DNA of 64,000 nt, taken from the NCBI GenBank assembly GCA_050250895.1, contig JBFWNU010000001.1, forward strand, positions 1,064,008 to 1,128,007, written 5' to 3'. The stretch's first letter is position 1. Every line of letters starts with the position of its first letter. Below, in pieces: positions 20,296 through 29,396 of the stretch. A model generated the notes under the pieces. That model ran no database searches and was not told the DNA's origin. It saw only the letters and a list, made by a program, of their open reading frames with translations. Position numbers and translations under genes: made by a program. Origin of the DNA: Vulcanimicrobiota bacterium. GTDB taxonomy: Bacteria; Vulcanimicrobiota; Xenobia; Xenobiales; JADMJV01.

Positions 20296-20853
20296 ATGCA
20301 AAAGTCACGCACCCGTCGCACCCGCAAGGTGGTCGCTCCAGAACCCCCAAATCTGGCCATCCCCCCTCAGGCGACTTTCGTAGCTATCGACTTCGAAACG
20401 GCTGACTACACCCGCGACAGCGCTTGTTCCGTGGCCCTGGTGCGAGTGGAGCAGGGGCGGGTCGTGGACCGAGTCCACACTTTGCTCAGGCCCCCCGGGG
20501 GACGAGTGCGCAACACCCACATCCACGGAATCACCTGGGCCCAGGTGCGCAATGCCCCAACTTTTGGTCAGGTGTGGCCTCATCTAGCTCGACGCCTGGT
20601 CGGGGCCGAATATCTAGCCGCCCACAACGCCCCCTTTGACCGCTCGGTTCTGGCGGCCTGCTGTCGCCGCGCGGGCTTAAGTCTGCCGGCCCAGCCCTTC
20701 GTGTGCACCCTCGCCTTAGCACGCCAACAGTGGGGCAAACCGGCCAGCCTCGACGCGGTCTCGCAGCGACTGGGTATCCCCCTTCAGCATCATCAGGCCC
20801 TATCTGACGCCGAAGCTTGCGCCCGGATCCTGATTCATCTGGCCGCCGCCTGA
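20296..20853 (+). CDS. DEDDh 3'-5' exonuclease (DnaQ-like)
   Basis: FVAIDFETA, AAHNAPFD, HHQALSDAEAC. Confidence 0.9.
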   Translation: MQKSRTRRTRKVVAPEPPNLAIPPQATFVAIDFETADYTRDSACSVALVRVEQGRVVDRVHTLLRPPGGRVRNTHIHGITWAQVRNAPTFGQVWPHLARRLVGAEYLAAHNAPFDRSVLAACCRRAGLSLPAQPFVCTLALARQQWGKPASLDAVSQRLGIPLQHHQALSDAEACARILIHLAAA

Positions 20854-20864
20854 ACGTCAGAAAG

Positions 20865-20891
20865 TGTCACACCCCCGGCCCGGTCTTCGTC
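20865..20891 (+). promoter_or_regulatory. ECF41-type sigma factor promoter
   Basis: TGTCACA (20865-20871), 16 bp, CGTC (20888-20891); matches the ECF41 consensus TGTCACA-N16-CGTC. Confidence 0.6.
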
Positions 20892-20932
20892 CTACAATAG
20901 GACTAAGATACTAGGGAAGACACCAACCAACC

Positions 20933-21052
20933 ATGACTATCGATCCACCAAATCCCAACCCCTATCAACAAGCCCAGATTCGACTGGCCGCCACCTTACC
21001 CCCCATGACCGAAGTCGACCTGGCCATCATCAAGGCCAGCCTGGGCGGCTGA
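20933..21052 (+). CDS. Small protein, 39 aa (MTIDPPNPNPYQQAQIRLAATLPPMTEVDLAIIKASLGG)
   Basis: Manually translated ORF filling the intergenic gap; C/G-ending codons in its second half; downstream of the ECF-like promoter; weak SD. Confidence 0.45.
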   Translation: MTIDPPNPNPYQQAQIRLAATLPPMTEVDLAIIKASLGG

Positions 21053-21124
21053 CCGGACGCCTGTTCTGAAGGATATTCAATCTCGAGTGATTAATTCTCA
21101 AGGAGGACGAATCGGGACACCTCC

Positions 21125-24100
21125 TTGTACCTCAAGCGGCTTGAACTATACGGTTTTAAGACATTCTCGCGAAAAACCGAGATCGAATTTCCGCACGGCT
21201 TTCTGGCCGTGGTCGGACCTAACGGGTCCGGCAAAAGCAATCTCACCGACGCCATCCGTTTCTGCCTGGGCGAGTCCAACGTCAAATTTCTGCGGGCTAC
21301 CCGACTCGAAGAACTGATCTTCGCTGGCACTCCTACCCGCAACCCCTGTCCTTACGCCGAAGTAACGGCTGTTTTCGACAACAGCGACCAGAAGTTGCCG
21401 GTGGAACTGTCCGAGGTGGCCATCACCCGCCGCCTTGATCGCGACGGCGGCTCGCGTTTTGCCATCAATCGGACCAACTGTCGCCTCAAGGACGTGCACG
21501 AGTTGCTGATGGGTAGCGGTATCGGTCCCGGCTCCTTCTCGGTCCTGGGCGGCAAAGAGGTGGACCGCGTCCTGTCCTCAGACCCCAAAGACCGCCGCCT
21601 GATGCTCGAAGAGACGGCCGGCGTCAATCGCTACAAGTTTCGCAAAAAAGAAGCCAAACGCCGCCTCGAGAAGACCGAAGACAACCTGACCCGCTTGCGC
21701 GACATTCTCAAAGAGGTCGAAGACCAGCTCGTCGAGAGCCAGAAGCAGCTACAACGCTATGAGCGCTACAAAAAGAGCCAGGACGAGCTCAAGACCCTCG
21801 ATCGCCGGGTCGCCCAGCACGAACTCGACGAGATGGGTTGCCAGCGCACCGAACTCGAGAACCGGCTGGCGGAGATGGCCACCCAGCGGGACCAGGCTCA
21901 GGTAGCCGAAGTTCAACAACGCCAGAGTCTCGAGCGACTCCGGCTTCGGAAACACGAACTCGACCTGGAAAAAGAAAACCGGGCCAACGAAATCGCCGGC
22001 CTGCGCGAACAGGCGGGCGCGACCCGGGCCGCTCACGAGGGCATCTTCCGGCGAGCCAGCGAACTCGAACACAGCGCCCGGGCGGCCCAGGCCCGACTGG
22101 GTAGCAGCGGCCAGCGCATCGAGGCCCAAGACCAGCGTCTGCAAGAGCTGCGCGAGCGTCGCCCCGACCTTGAACAACAGGTTGAACGAGCTCGCCTCGA
22201 GGTCGAGCGCCTACTCGAGCAACTGCAGCAATTGCCTGCCCCCGACCAGGGTCCCAATGCCGAGATCCGGGTCAAGCTCTCCCAGCTCGAGCGCCAGAAG
22301 AACGCGCTGGTAGCCGCCGTCTCGCAGCTGCAGGCCAGGCTCGAGAGCGACCAGGCCCGACTCGAAGAGATCGAACTCCAGTGGAGCCAGCTCGACAACG
22401 AGCTGGGCCAACTGTTACCCGGCGAGCTACCCATCGAAGCCGCCCGCCAGGCCTTGACCGAGGCCGAAGCCGAAGTGCAGAAGGCCCGGGCCCAGCAGAC
22501 CGCCTGGCAAGAAGAGCGCCGCAGCCTGGCGGGTCAGCGTCAAGAACTCGAGCGCAAGCGGCGTCCAGCCGTAAGTCGGGTGGCCGAACTGGAAGCCCTG
22601 CTTGAAGACCGAAGTGGGCTACCTCCGGCGGTGCGCCAGGTGATGGCCTGGAAAGTCGATGGCACGGTCGGTCTGTTGGGTGAACTCGTGCGAGTGCCCG
22701 AGGGGCTCGAACAAGCCTATGAGGCCGCTCTGGGCGGCCATATCAACGATATCGTCACCCGCGACCGGCGGGTGGCTTCGGACCTGATCGAACGCCTCAA
22801 GCAAGAGCGCATCGGCCGGGTCACCTTCTGGCCGCTCGACCTGTCCCGGCGCCCGGGCAAGCCACCCGAACTGCCCGACCGGCGTGGGGTGGTCGGCCGG
22901 GCTCTCGAACTGCTGGGCTATCCGCCCGAAATCGAGGTGGTGCTCAACGAAATTCTCGGCAAGACAGTCATCATGGAGAACCTGCCGGTGGCCCTGGCCC
23001 TCTATGACCGCTGTTTCGGACGGCGCCCCCATCTGGTCACCCGCGAAGGCGAGTATCTCAATCCTTCGGGCGCGCTGACCGGCGGTCGGCGGCGCCAATC
23101 GGGAGTGGGGGTGCTGGCCCGGCGCCGCATGCTCGAAGAGGCTCGCAGCGAACTGTTGACCCTCGACAACGGCCTGATCAGCCTATCCGAGAAAGAAGAG
23201 AAAGCCCAGGCTGCTCAGGCGGCCGCCTCCGAGAAACTCAACGGACTGCAAGAAGCGGTCCACCAGCGACGCCGCACCCTGGTCGAACTCGAGGCCGAAG
23301 AGAAACGCCGTCAGTCGGACCAGCAAAGGGTCGAGCAGCGCAAGCAGCGCCTGACGGAAGAGAAGGCCAAGCTGGTCGAGCGTGGGCAGAACGCCCGTCT
23401 CGAACTCGATAAGCACGCCCAGACCCAGTCCGAAACCGAAACCGAGCAAGCGCGCCTGCAGTCCGAGTTCGAACGCAACCAGGAAGAAGAGAGTCGCCTC
23501 AATCGCCTGCGCGAGACCCTGCACCAACAACGAATGGAAGCCAAGCTCGAGTTCGAGCGTCGCCAGCAGCTTCTTCGCGATCTCGAGCGCGAATGCGAGC
23601 GCGAGGCCACCCGTCGCCAAGAATTGGTCAACGACCAGAAAGAGGCCGAAGCCGAGCACCAGCGCTGTCTTGAGGCCCGAGCCAAGCTCGAAATCGAGGG
23701 TCAAGAGCTACAGGGCAAATTGACCACCCTCGAGCAAGAACTGACCGCCAAGAACGCTGCCCTAGAAGAACTGCGTCGCTCGACCCAGACCCTCGACCGC
23801 CAGACCAGCGACGCCGCCGACGCCTACGAGCGAGCCGCTGCCGCCACCCAGAAATGGACCGGCAAGATCGCCAACCTGCAGGTCGACCTGGCTCGGGTGG
23901 TGGCCCACTATGAAGAGGCCGAGGCGCGCCTCGAACAATATGGCCCGGCCCCCGAGGGCGAAACCGCGCCCTTGACCGCCGAAGAACTGGAGAACGCGCG
24001 GGGTCGCATCAAGCGGCTCAAGAACTTCCTGGACAACTTCGGCGGAGTCAATCTGGGTGCCCGCGAAGACCATGAGCGGCTGACCGAGCGCCACCTGCAT

Positions 24101-24661
24101 CTCAAGACTCAGATCGACGATCTGACCGAGGGGGCGGCCAGCCTCAAGAAGATCATGGCCGAGCTGGATAAAGCCACGGTCAGCCAGTTTGAAAAGACTT
24201 TCCATGAAGTCAACAACACCTTTTCCCGCCTGTTTACCGACCTGTTCAGTGGTGGCCAGGCGCGCCTGGAGCTGTGCGACCCGGAAGACGTGCTCGAATC
24301 GGGGGTCGAAATCGTGGCCTGCCCGCCCGGTAAGCGGATGCAGAACATGACCTTGCTCTCGTCGGGCGAACGCGCTCTTACGGCTATCGCCTTCCTCATG
24401 TCGTTGCTGGCTTGCAAGCCCAGTCCGATCGTGATCCTCGACGAACTCGATGCGCCCCTCGACGAGCGCAACGTCGAAAAGGTGGCCACCCGATTGCTGG
24501 AGTTCTCGACCTCGTCGCAATTTCTGGTCATTACGCACAACCGCAAGACGATGGAATTTGCCGACCGACTCTATGGAGTGACCATGGTCGAACCCGGCAT
24601 CAGTAAGGTGCTGTCGGTGGAACTGGCCACCGTAGAACAAGAATTGGGAGCTTTGGGATGA
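21125..24661 (+). CDS. smc: Chromosome segregation protein SMC
   Basis: MYLKRLELYGFKTF, GPNGSGKSN, hinge (GRVTFWPL), signature LSSGERAL, ILDELDAPLD; TTG start. Confidence 0.97.
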   Translation: MYLKRLELYGFKTFSRKTEIEFPHGFLAVVGPNGSGKSNLTDAIRFCLGESNVKFLRATRLEELIFAGTPTRNPCPYAEVTAVFDNSDQKLPVELSEVAITRRLDRDGGSRFAINRTNCRLKDVHELLMGSGIGPGSFSVLGGKEVDRVLSSDPKDRRLMLEETAGVNRYKFRKKEAKRRLEKTEDNLTRLRDILKEVEDQLVESQKQLQRYERYKKSQDELKTLDRRVAQHELDEMGCQRTELENRLAEMATQRDQAQVAEVQQRQSLERLRLRKHELDLEKENRANEIAGLREQAGATRAAHEGIFRRASELEHSARAAQARLGSSGQRIEAQDQRLQELRERRPDLEQQVERARLEVERLLEQLQQLPAPDQGPNAEIRVKLSQLERQKNALVAAVSQLQARLESDQARLEEIELQWSQLDNELGQLLPGELPIEAARQALTEAEAEVQKARAQQTAWQEERRSLAGQRQELERKRRPAVSRVAELEALLEDRSGLPPAVRQVMAWKVDGTVGLLGELVRVPEGLEQAYEAALGGHINDIVTRDRRVASDLIERLKQERIGRVTFWPLDLSRRPGKPPELPDRRGVVGRALELLGYPPEIEVVLNEILGKTVIMENLPVALALYDRCFGRRPHLVTREGEYLNPSGALTGGRRRQSGVGVLARRRMLEEARSELLTLDNGLISLSEKEEKAQAAQAAASEKLNGLQEAVHQRRRTLVELEAEEKRRQSDQQRVEQRKQRLTEEKAKLVERGQNARLELDKHAQTQSETETEQARLQSEFERNQEEESRLNRLRETLHQQRMEAKLEFERRQQLLRDLERECEREATRRQELVNDQKEAEAEHQRCLEARAKLEIEGQELQGKLTTLEQELTAKNAALEELRRSTQTLDRQTSDAADAYERAAAATQKWTGKIANLQVDLARVVAHYEEAEARLEQYGPAPEGETAPLTAEELENARGRIKRLKNFLDNFGGVNLGAREDHERLTERHLHLKTQIDDLTEGAASLKKIMAELDKATVSQFEKTFHEVNNTFSRLFTDLFSGGQARLELCDPEDVLESGVEIVACPPGKRMQNMTLLSSGERALTAIAFLMSLLACKPSPIVILDELDAPLDERNVEKVATRLLEFSTSSQFLVITHNRKTMEFADRLYGVTMVEPGISKVLSVELATVEQELGALG

Positions 24662-25341
24662 AACTGTTAGAAGTCTTGAAAGACGGGTTTCTGCTGATGG
24701 TCAGCTTGCCTCGCAACTGTCCCGAGCTGGCGCGGGCGGCGGTCGAGGCCGGGGCGGGCTGCATCAAGGTGCACCTCAACTGTCACCACTTCGCCAGCGA
24801 CACCCGTTTCGGCAGCTGGAGCGAAGAAAAAGCGGTCCTGCAAGAGATCCTGGCGGCGGTCGACGTGCCCGTGGGGGTGGTCACCGGCGAGAGCGTGCAG
24901 CCCGGTCCCGACGAGATGGCGGCCCTGGCTGGGGCGGGCTTCGACTTCTGGGATCTTTTTGCGAAGTTCGCCCCTCCTGACTATCTCAGGCTCCCCAGGT
25001 TGGGGAGCATGGTAGCCATCGACAGCAGCTGGACTCCGTCGCTCGTCAAGCAGCTGGGCCGACTGGGGGTGGGCGTGATCGAGTCTTCGATCATCCCCCG
25101 CAGCGAGTATCGCAGCCCGCTCAACCTGATCGACCTGTGCGCCTATGCCAACCTGGCGGAGGCCTCCCCCATGCCGATCCTGATTCCCACCCAGAAGGCA
25201 GTCTTGCCCCATCAGGTCCAGGATCTGGCCCGGATCGGAGCAGCCGGCATCACCATTGGAGCGGTCGTCACCGGGCTCGAAGCCGACGGCCTGAAAGCCG
25301 CCACCAGCGCCTTTCGACGGGCCATCGATGCCATCGCTTAG
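24658..25341 (+). CDS. Uncharacterised TIM-barrel (ribulose-phosphate-binding-like) protein
   Basis: Alternating beta/alpha pattern: LMVSLPRN, IKVHLN, ILIPTQK, GITIGAVVTG. ATGA overlap with the smc stop. Confidence 0.65.
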   Translation: MKLLEVLKDGFLLMVSLPRNCPELARAAVEAGAGCIKVHLNCHHFASDTRFGSWSEEKAVLQEILAAVDVPVGVVTGESVQPGPDEMAALAGAGFDFWDLFAKFAPPDYLRLPRLGSMVAIDSSWTPSLVKQLGRLGVGVIESSIIPRSEYRSPLNLIDLCAYANLAEASPMPILIPTQKAVLPHQVQDLARIGAAGITIGAVVTGLEADGLKAATSAFRRAIDAIA

Positions 25342-26725
25342 CCTGATTCCGCTCGACGACCGACCGTGTTGCCTCGACTTCGTCGAACGGTTGGCTGCCC
25401 TGGCCGGGGTCAAAGTCAAGACGCCACCCCGGGACCTGCTGGGCAGCTTCACCCGGCCGGGTCAACCAGAAGCTTTGTTGGACTGGCTCGAAGCCCAATC
25501 GGATCGGCGCGTGCTGGCCTCCCTGGACATGGTTTGCTGGGGAGGGCTGGTGGCTTCGCGCCAGCCACACCACCGCCTGGACTCGGCCCTGGCCAGGTTG
25601 GAACGCTTTCACGCCATCACGGCCGGCCGCCAGGTCTATGCTTTCAACGCCATCTTGCGCACAGCCCCCACCCAGACCAGCCCAGAGGAGGTAACCGAAG
25701 CCGAGAAACTGGTGGACCTGTCCGAGATTGCGGCCCGCCTGCACCAGGGCGAAGAACGGCTGCGGGCTGAGTTCGAACGGATTCAAGCCGCCATTGCGCC
25801 CCAACGCCTCGAGGCCTATCACCGCACCCGCCAGCGCAATCATCAGCTCAATGCCCGAGCTATCGAACTTTCGGCCGACTGGAAGGCGCTGCTGATCGGG
25901 GTTGACGACAGCCGCACCGAAGGCTGGAATCTGATGGAACTGGCCCACCTGCAGTCTCAGGCCGGCGGCCTGCCGGTGTGGTTTGCTCCCGGCACCGACG
26001 AGATGGCCCACCTGCTGTTGGTGCGCGCCCTGGGGGTCAAATCCGCCATCTGGCCCGTCTGGAGCCACCCCGGATTGGCAGAGCGGGTGGGCCGCTACGA
26101 GGATCGGCCCATGGGCGCCTTGCTCGAAGCCCAGGCGGCCGCCGCCGGCCTCAAGCTGGGACCCTCCCTACGCAAGCTGTTTCTCTTTGGCCCGCGCGGC
26201 CACCAACGCGAGGCGGACACCCAGAACCGCGGCTCAGGGGCCCGAGCCGAGCGTTTCGCCCGCGAAATCGCAGCCGCCCTCGACGAGGGCGCTCTGGTGA
26301 CCGTGGCCGATGTGAGCTATGCCAACGGGGCGGACCGAGGTTTGGTGCGCTGCCTGCGAACCCACCGCCTATTGTCTCACCTGGTAGGGTTTTCTGCCTG
26401 GAACACCGCTGGCAACACCGTCGGCACGGCCCTGGCGACGCTGGCGCTGTTCGACCCTAAGCGCCGGGCCGAGGCGCGCCGATTTCTGCTCGAGCGACTG
26501 GGGGATGACTTTCTCTATCAGAGCGTGGTGCGCAATCGTCTCAAGGCCCGGTTGGGCGCGGGACTCAAGCTCGAAGGGGCGGCCCTGGCTCAGGCCCAGC
26601 AATTGCTAGACCAGGAAATGAGCGAGCCCTTCGCCCGCCTGAGCCGGGATGTCGGCCTGGAGGACACCCGGGCCCGCTTCGAATTGCCGTGGGGCCGGCT
26701 TTTCGAGGTCAGAGTGACCACCTGA
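25328..26725 (+). CDS. DUF4127 family protein
   Basis: LIPLDDRPC, SLDMVCWGGLVASR, IGVDD, PGTDE, SAWNTAGNTVG, LPWGRLFEV. Confidence 0.8.
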   Translation: MPSLSLIPLDDRPCCLDFVERLAALAGVKVKTPPRDLLGSFTRPGQPEALLDWLEAQSDRRVLASLDMVCWGGLVASRQPHHRLDSALARLERFHAITAGRQVYAFNAILRTAPTQTSPEEVTEAEKLVDLSEIAARLHQGEERLRAEFERIQAAIAPQRLEAYHRTRQRNHQLNARAIELSADWKALLIGVDDSRTEGWNLMELAHLQSQAGGLPVWFAPGTDEMAHLLLVRALGVKSAIWPVWSHPGLAERVGRYEDRPMGALLEAQAAAAGLKLGPSLRKLFLFGPRGHQREADTQNRGSGARAERFAREIAAALDEGALVTVADVSYANGADRGLVRCLRTHRLLSHLVGFSAWNTAGNTVGTALATLALFDPKRRAEARRFLLERLGDDFLYQSVVRNRLKARLGAGLKLEGAALAQAQQLLDQEMSEPFARLSRDVGLEDTRARFELPWGRLFEVRVTT

Positions 26726-27485
26726 GCGAACGACCATCCAGCAAAGCGGGAAAGCGCTCGCGATAGGCTCGCAACTCGGCTCCATCGAAACTGGCCTTCA
26801 GATACGCCGGTTGCGGGCCCGCTTCGGCCACCACCCGCCCCTGCTCGTCGATCAGCATCGAGGCTCCGGGATAGGGGTTGAAGGGATCCTGGCCACAGCG
26901 ATTGACCCCCACCACCACCGCCTGGTTCTCGATAGCCCGAGCCTTGAGCAGGGCGCGCCAATGCTCGACCCGGGGAGCGGGCCAGTTGGCCGGCACCAAA
27001 AACATGTCCACCCCGCGGGCCAGAGCAAGCTCTCTAAAGAGCTCAGGAAAGCGCAGGTCGTAGCAAATCAGGGGCGCCACCGTGAAGCCGTTCCAGGCGA
27101 ACCAGACAAACCGGTCACCGGGTTCGTAATGCCGGCCTTCTTCGCCAAAAGTGAACGGCCGGCGCTTGTCGTAGCGCGCCAGGCGGCCTTCGGGAGAAAA
27201 CACCAGCACGGCGTTGCGCGGCCGAGGCGTGTGGCGCAACGGCACCCCGCCGACGATGGTGATCCCCAGGCGACGCGCCGTCTCGGCCAGAAAGGACGCG
27301 CTGGGACCCTCTTCGGCCTCGGTGACTTCGGCCGTGTTCATCGAGAAGCCCCAGGCGAACATCTCGGGCAAGACGATCAGATCACCGGCCTGAGGCGCGG
27401 CCAGGGCCAGCAACTCCTCCACCCGCTCGAAATTGGCCTCGGGGTCTTCCCAGGCGATGTCGGTCTGCAGGGCGATGACGTGCAT
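26709..27485 (-). CDS. Carbon-nitrogen hydrolase (nitrilase/omega-amidase family)
   Basis: Catalytic triad motifs LPEMF, YDKR, ICYDLRFPE; ARAIENQ. Confidence 0.9.
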   Translation of the reverse strand: MHVIALQTDIAWEDPEANFERVEELLALAAPQAGDLIVLPEMFAWGFSMNTAEVTEAEEGPSASFLAETARRLGITIVGGVPLRHTPRPRNAVLVFSPEGRLARYDKRRPFTFGEEGRHYEPGDRFVWFAWNGFTVAPLICYDLRFPELFRELALARGVDMFLVPANWPAPRVEHWRALLKARAIENQAVVVGVNRCGQDPFNPYPGASMLIDEQGRVVAEAGPQPAYLKASFDGAELRAYRERFPALLDGRSLRWSL

Positions 27486-27511
27486 GAAGAGATGGTAAGC
27501 TACCCGCTCTT

Positions 27512-29221
27512 TCACCGCAACCACTGGCTCCAACCCCGGCCAGGCCGATGCTCGACCGGCACCGGTAGAGGGGGCTTCACGGGGCGGGCCAGGATGGTTA
27601 CCCGGTCGGGTCCGGCCACGCCATGATCAAGCAGCATCTGGCGGGCTCGGCCCTCAACCCAGGGCTTCTCTAGATAGAGGGTGTGGCGACCGTGATCGGC
27701 CTTCCACACCACCTGGGCCCCCAGGTCGACCACCCGAACGAAGCTGTCGGGGCCCGACGGCAGCTTGACCAGGGCCCCCAGCACCAGGGCCAGAGCCAGC
27801 CACCAGCGAGCTTTGCCGTCCTCGAGCCAGTAGTGCAAGGCGACCCCCAGCGCCAGCAGGGCCAGCAATCCAACCGGGTGCGGGCGCGCCAGAATCAACT
27901 CCGGCGAGACCAGGGCCAGTTTGCCCACCACCCACAGCAGATAATCGGCCAGCGGCTTGAGGGGCCAATACAGCCAGGGGTGACCAAGCAAAGAAGCCAG
28001 CAGTCCCAGCGGCAGGATCAACTCGGCCACCGGGCCCATCAGCAGGTTGGCCACCAAGCCCGTCACCGCCAGCCGGTGAAAGTTCCACCAGGCCACCGGC
28101 AACACCGCCAGGGTGGCCGCCAGCGTCATGGCCGTCGGTTTGGCCAACCAGGCCGGTAGTCGGGACAGGCGGCGCTCCAAACCGGGGGCGAACAGCATCA
28201 GCCCCAGCACGGCCAACACGCTCATCTGAAAGCCCAGATCGAAGAGATAGCCGGGCTTGTAGAGCAAGCAACCCAGGATCGACAGCGACAGCGAGCCGGA
28301 AAGGTCCGAACGGCGCCCCACCGCTGCCGCCAATAAACCCAGGCAAGCCATCACGGCCGCCCGCACCACCGACGGCGAAGCTCCGGCCAGCAAGGCGTAA
28401 AAGCAGGCCCCCACCATGGCCGCAGGAGCCATCCGCCAACTAGCCAATCCCAACGGACGCCCCAACCACAAAATCAAGCCGGCCACGATGGCCACGTTAA
28501 GCCCCGACGCGGCTAACAGGTGGGTCGTCCCGGTCCGCCGGAACTGCTCGAGCAGCTCCGCGTCGAGACCCCTGGTCTCGCCGAAGACGATGCCCGCGAT
28601 CAAGGCCAGACGCCGCGCTTTGAGCCGGCGGGACAAGTTCGCCAGCATGCGGGCTCGAGCGGCCCAGGCCAGCCCGGCCAGACTGGTCGGCCGGGCCGGA
28701 CCCAGACGGTCGGCGAAGCCCTTGAACCGACCCAGGCAAAGTTTGTGTCGCACCCCCTCACGGGCCAGCCAGTCAGCCTGGTCAAAGCCTCCCGGATAGG
28801 CAGCCGCCGAGGGGGCCACCAGCTTGCCGACCAACAACCAGCGGTCTCCCGGCCACAGGTCGAGGGGCTGGTCCGACTCGACGAAGAGCCGGACCGCGCC
28901 CAGGCGGGGACGTCCTTCGAAGTGCTCGGCCAGGAAATGAAAAGCCACTCCCTGGCCGTGACGCCGAGGGGCCTCCAGCACGATGCCGCTGACTTCCACT
29001 TCGAGCCCGTCACAACCGATTAGCGGATCGGGGGGCTGCCAGGCCGCTCGCCCAAATCCGAGCCCGAGAAAGAGGGCCACGACCAGCCCCTGGCGAGCCA
29101 GCGAGGGATAGATCAGACCAAGCCCGGCCAGGCCTACCAGGGCCACCAGCAGTTCTGTTCGAGTCGGCATCATAAGACCCGCCACCAGGCCGGCGCAGGC
29201 CCACCAGTTCCAGCGTTGCAT
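27512..29221 (-). CDS. comEC: ComEC/Rec2 competence protein (no full C-terminal MBL domain)
   Basis: GTTHLLAASGLNV, SPSVVRAAVM, DLGFQMS, ANLL. Start trimmed to 29221. Confidence 0.88.
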   Translation of the reverse strand: MQRWNWWACAGLVAGLMMPTRTELLVALVGLAGLGLIYPSLARQGLVVALFLGLGFGRAAWQPPDPLIGCDGLEVEVSGIVLEAPRRHGQGVAFHFLAEHFEGRPRLGAVRLFVESDQPLDLWPGDRWLLVGKLVAPSAAAYPGGFDQADWLAREGVRHKLCLGRFKGFADRLGPARPTSLAGLAWAARARMLANLSRRLKARRLALIAGIVFGETRGLDAELLEQFRRTGTTHLLAASGLNVAIVAGLILWLGRPLGLASWRMAPAAMVGACFYALLAGASPSVVRAAVMACLGLLAAAVGRRSDLSGSLSLSILGCLLYKPGYLFDLGFQMSVLAVLGLMLFAPGLERRLSRLPAWLAKPTAMTLAATLAVLPVAWWNFHRLAVTGLVANLLMGPVAELILPLGLLASLLGHPWLYWPLKPLADYLLWVVGKLALVSPELILARPHPVGLLALLALGVALHYWLEDGKARWWLALALVLGALVKLPSGPDSFVRVVDLGAQVVWKADHGRHTLYLEKPWVEGRARQMLLDHGVAGPDRVTILARPVKPPLPVPVEHRPGRGWSQWLR

Positions 29222-29358
29222 ACTCTCAGCTAAGCCCAGGAATGTTGCCAAAAGTCCGACCAATTGCTTAGCAGAACGTGACCGGAATGTTGCCTGTTGA
29301 TGAACCGCGAACACACGACCGAGCAAGCCAGGAAACCGCGTCGCGAAGCGAGAAAAGA

Positions 29359-29384
29359 GAGATTGTGAGAAAATTCACAATCTC
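29359..29384. promoter_or_regulatory. Palindromic operator, Rex-like (also fits the CRP-type TGTGA-N6-TCACA)
   Basis: GAGATTGTGA-GAAAAT-TCACAATCTC directly before the hemL SD; one mismatch to the Rex consensus TTGTGAA-N4-TTCACAA. Confidence 0.7.
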
Positions 29385-29396
29385 GGGGAGTGACCG

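Noticed and set aside
21125-24661. SMC-like defence system (Wadjet/Lamassu)
   Set aside because: Canonical housekeeping SMC with hinge domain; no jetABD or effector genes adjacent.
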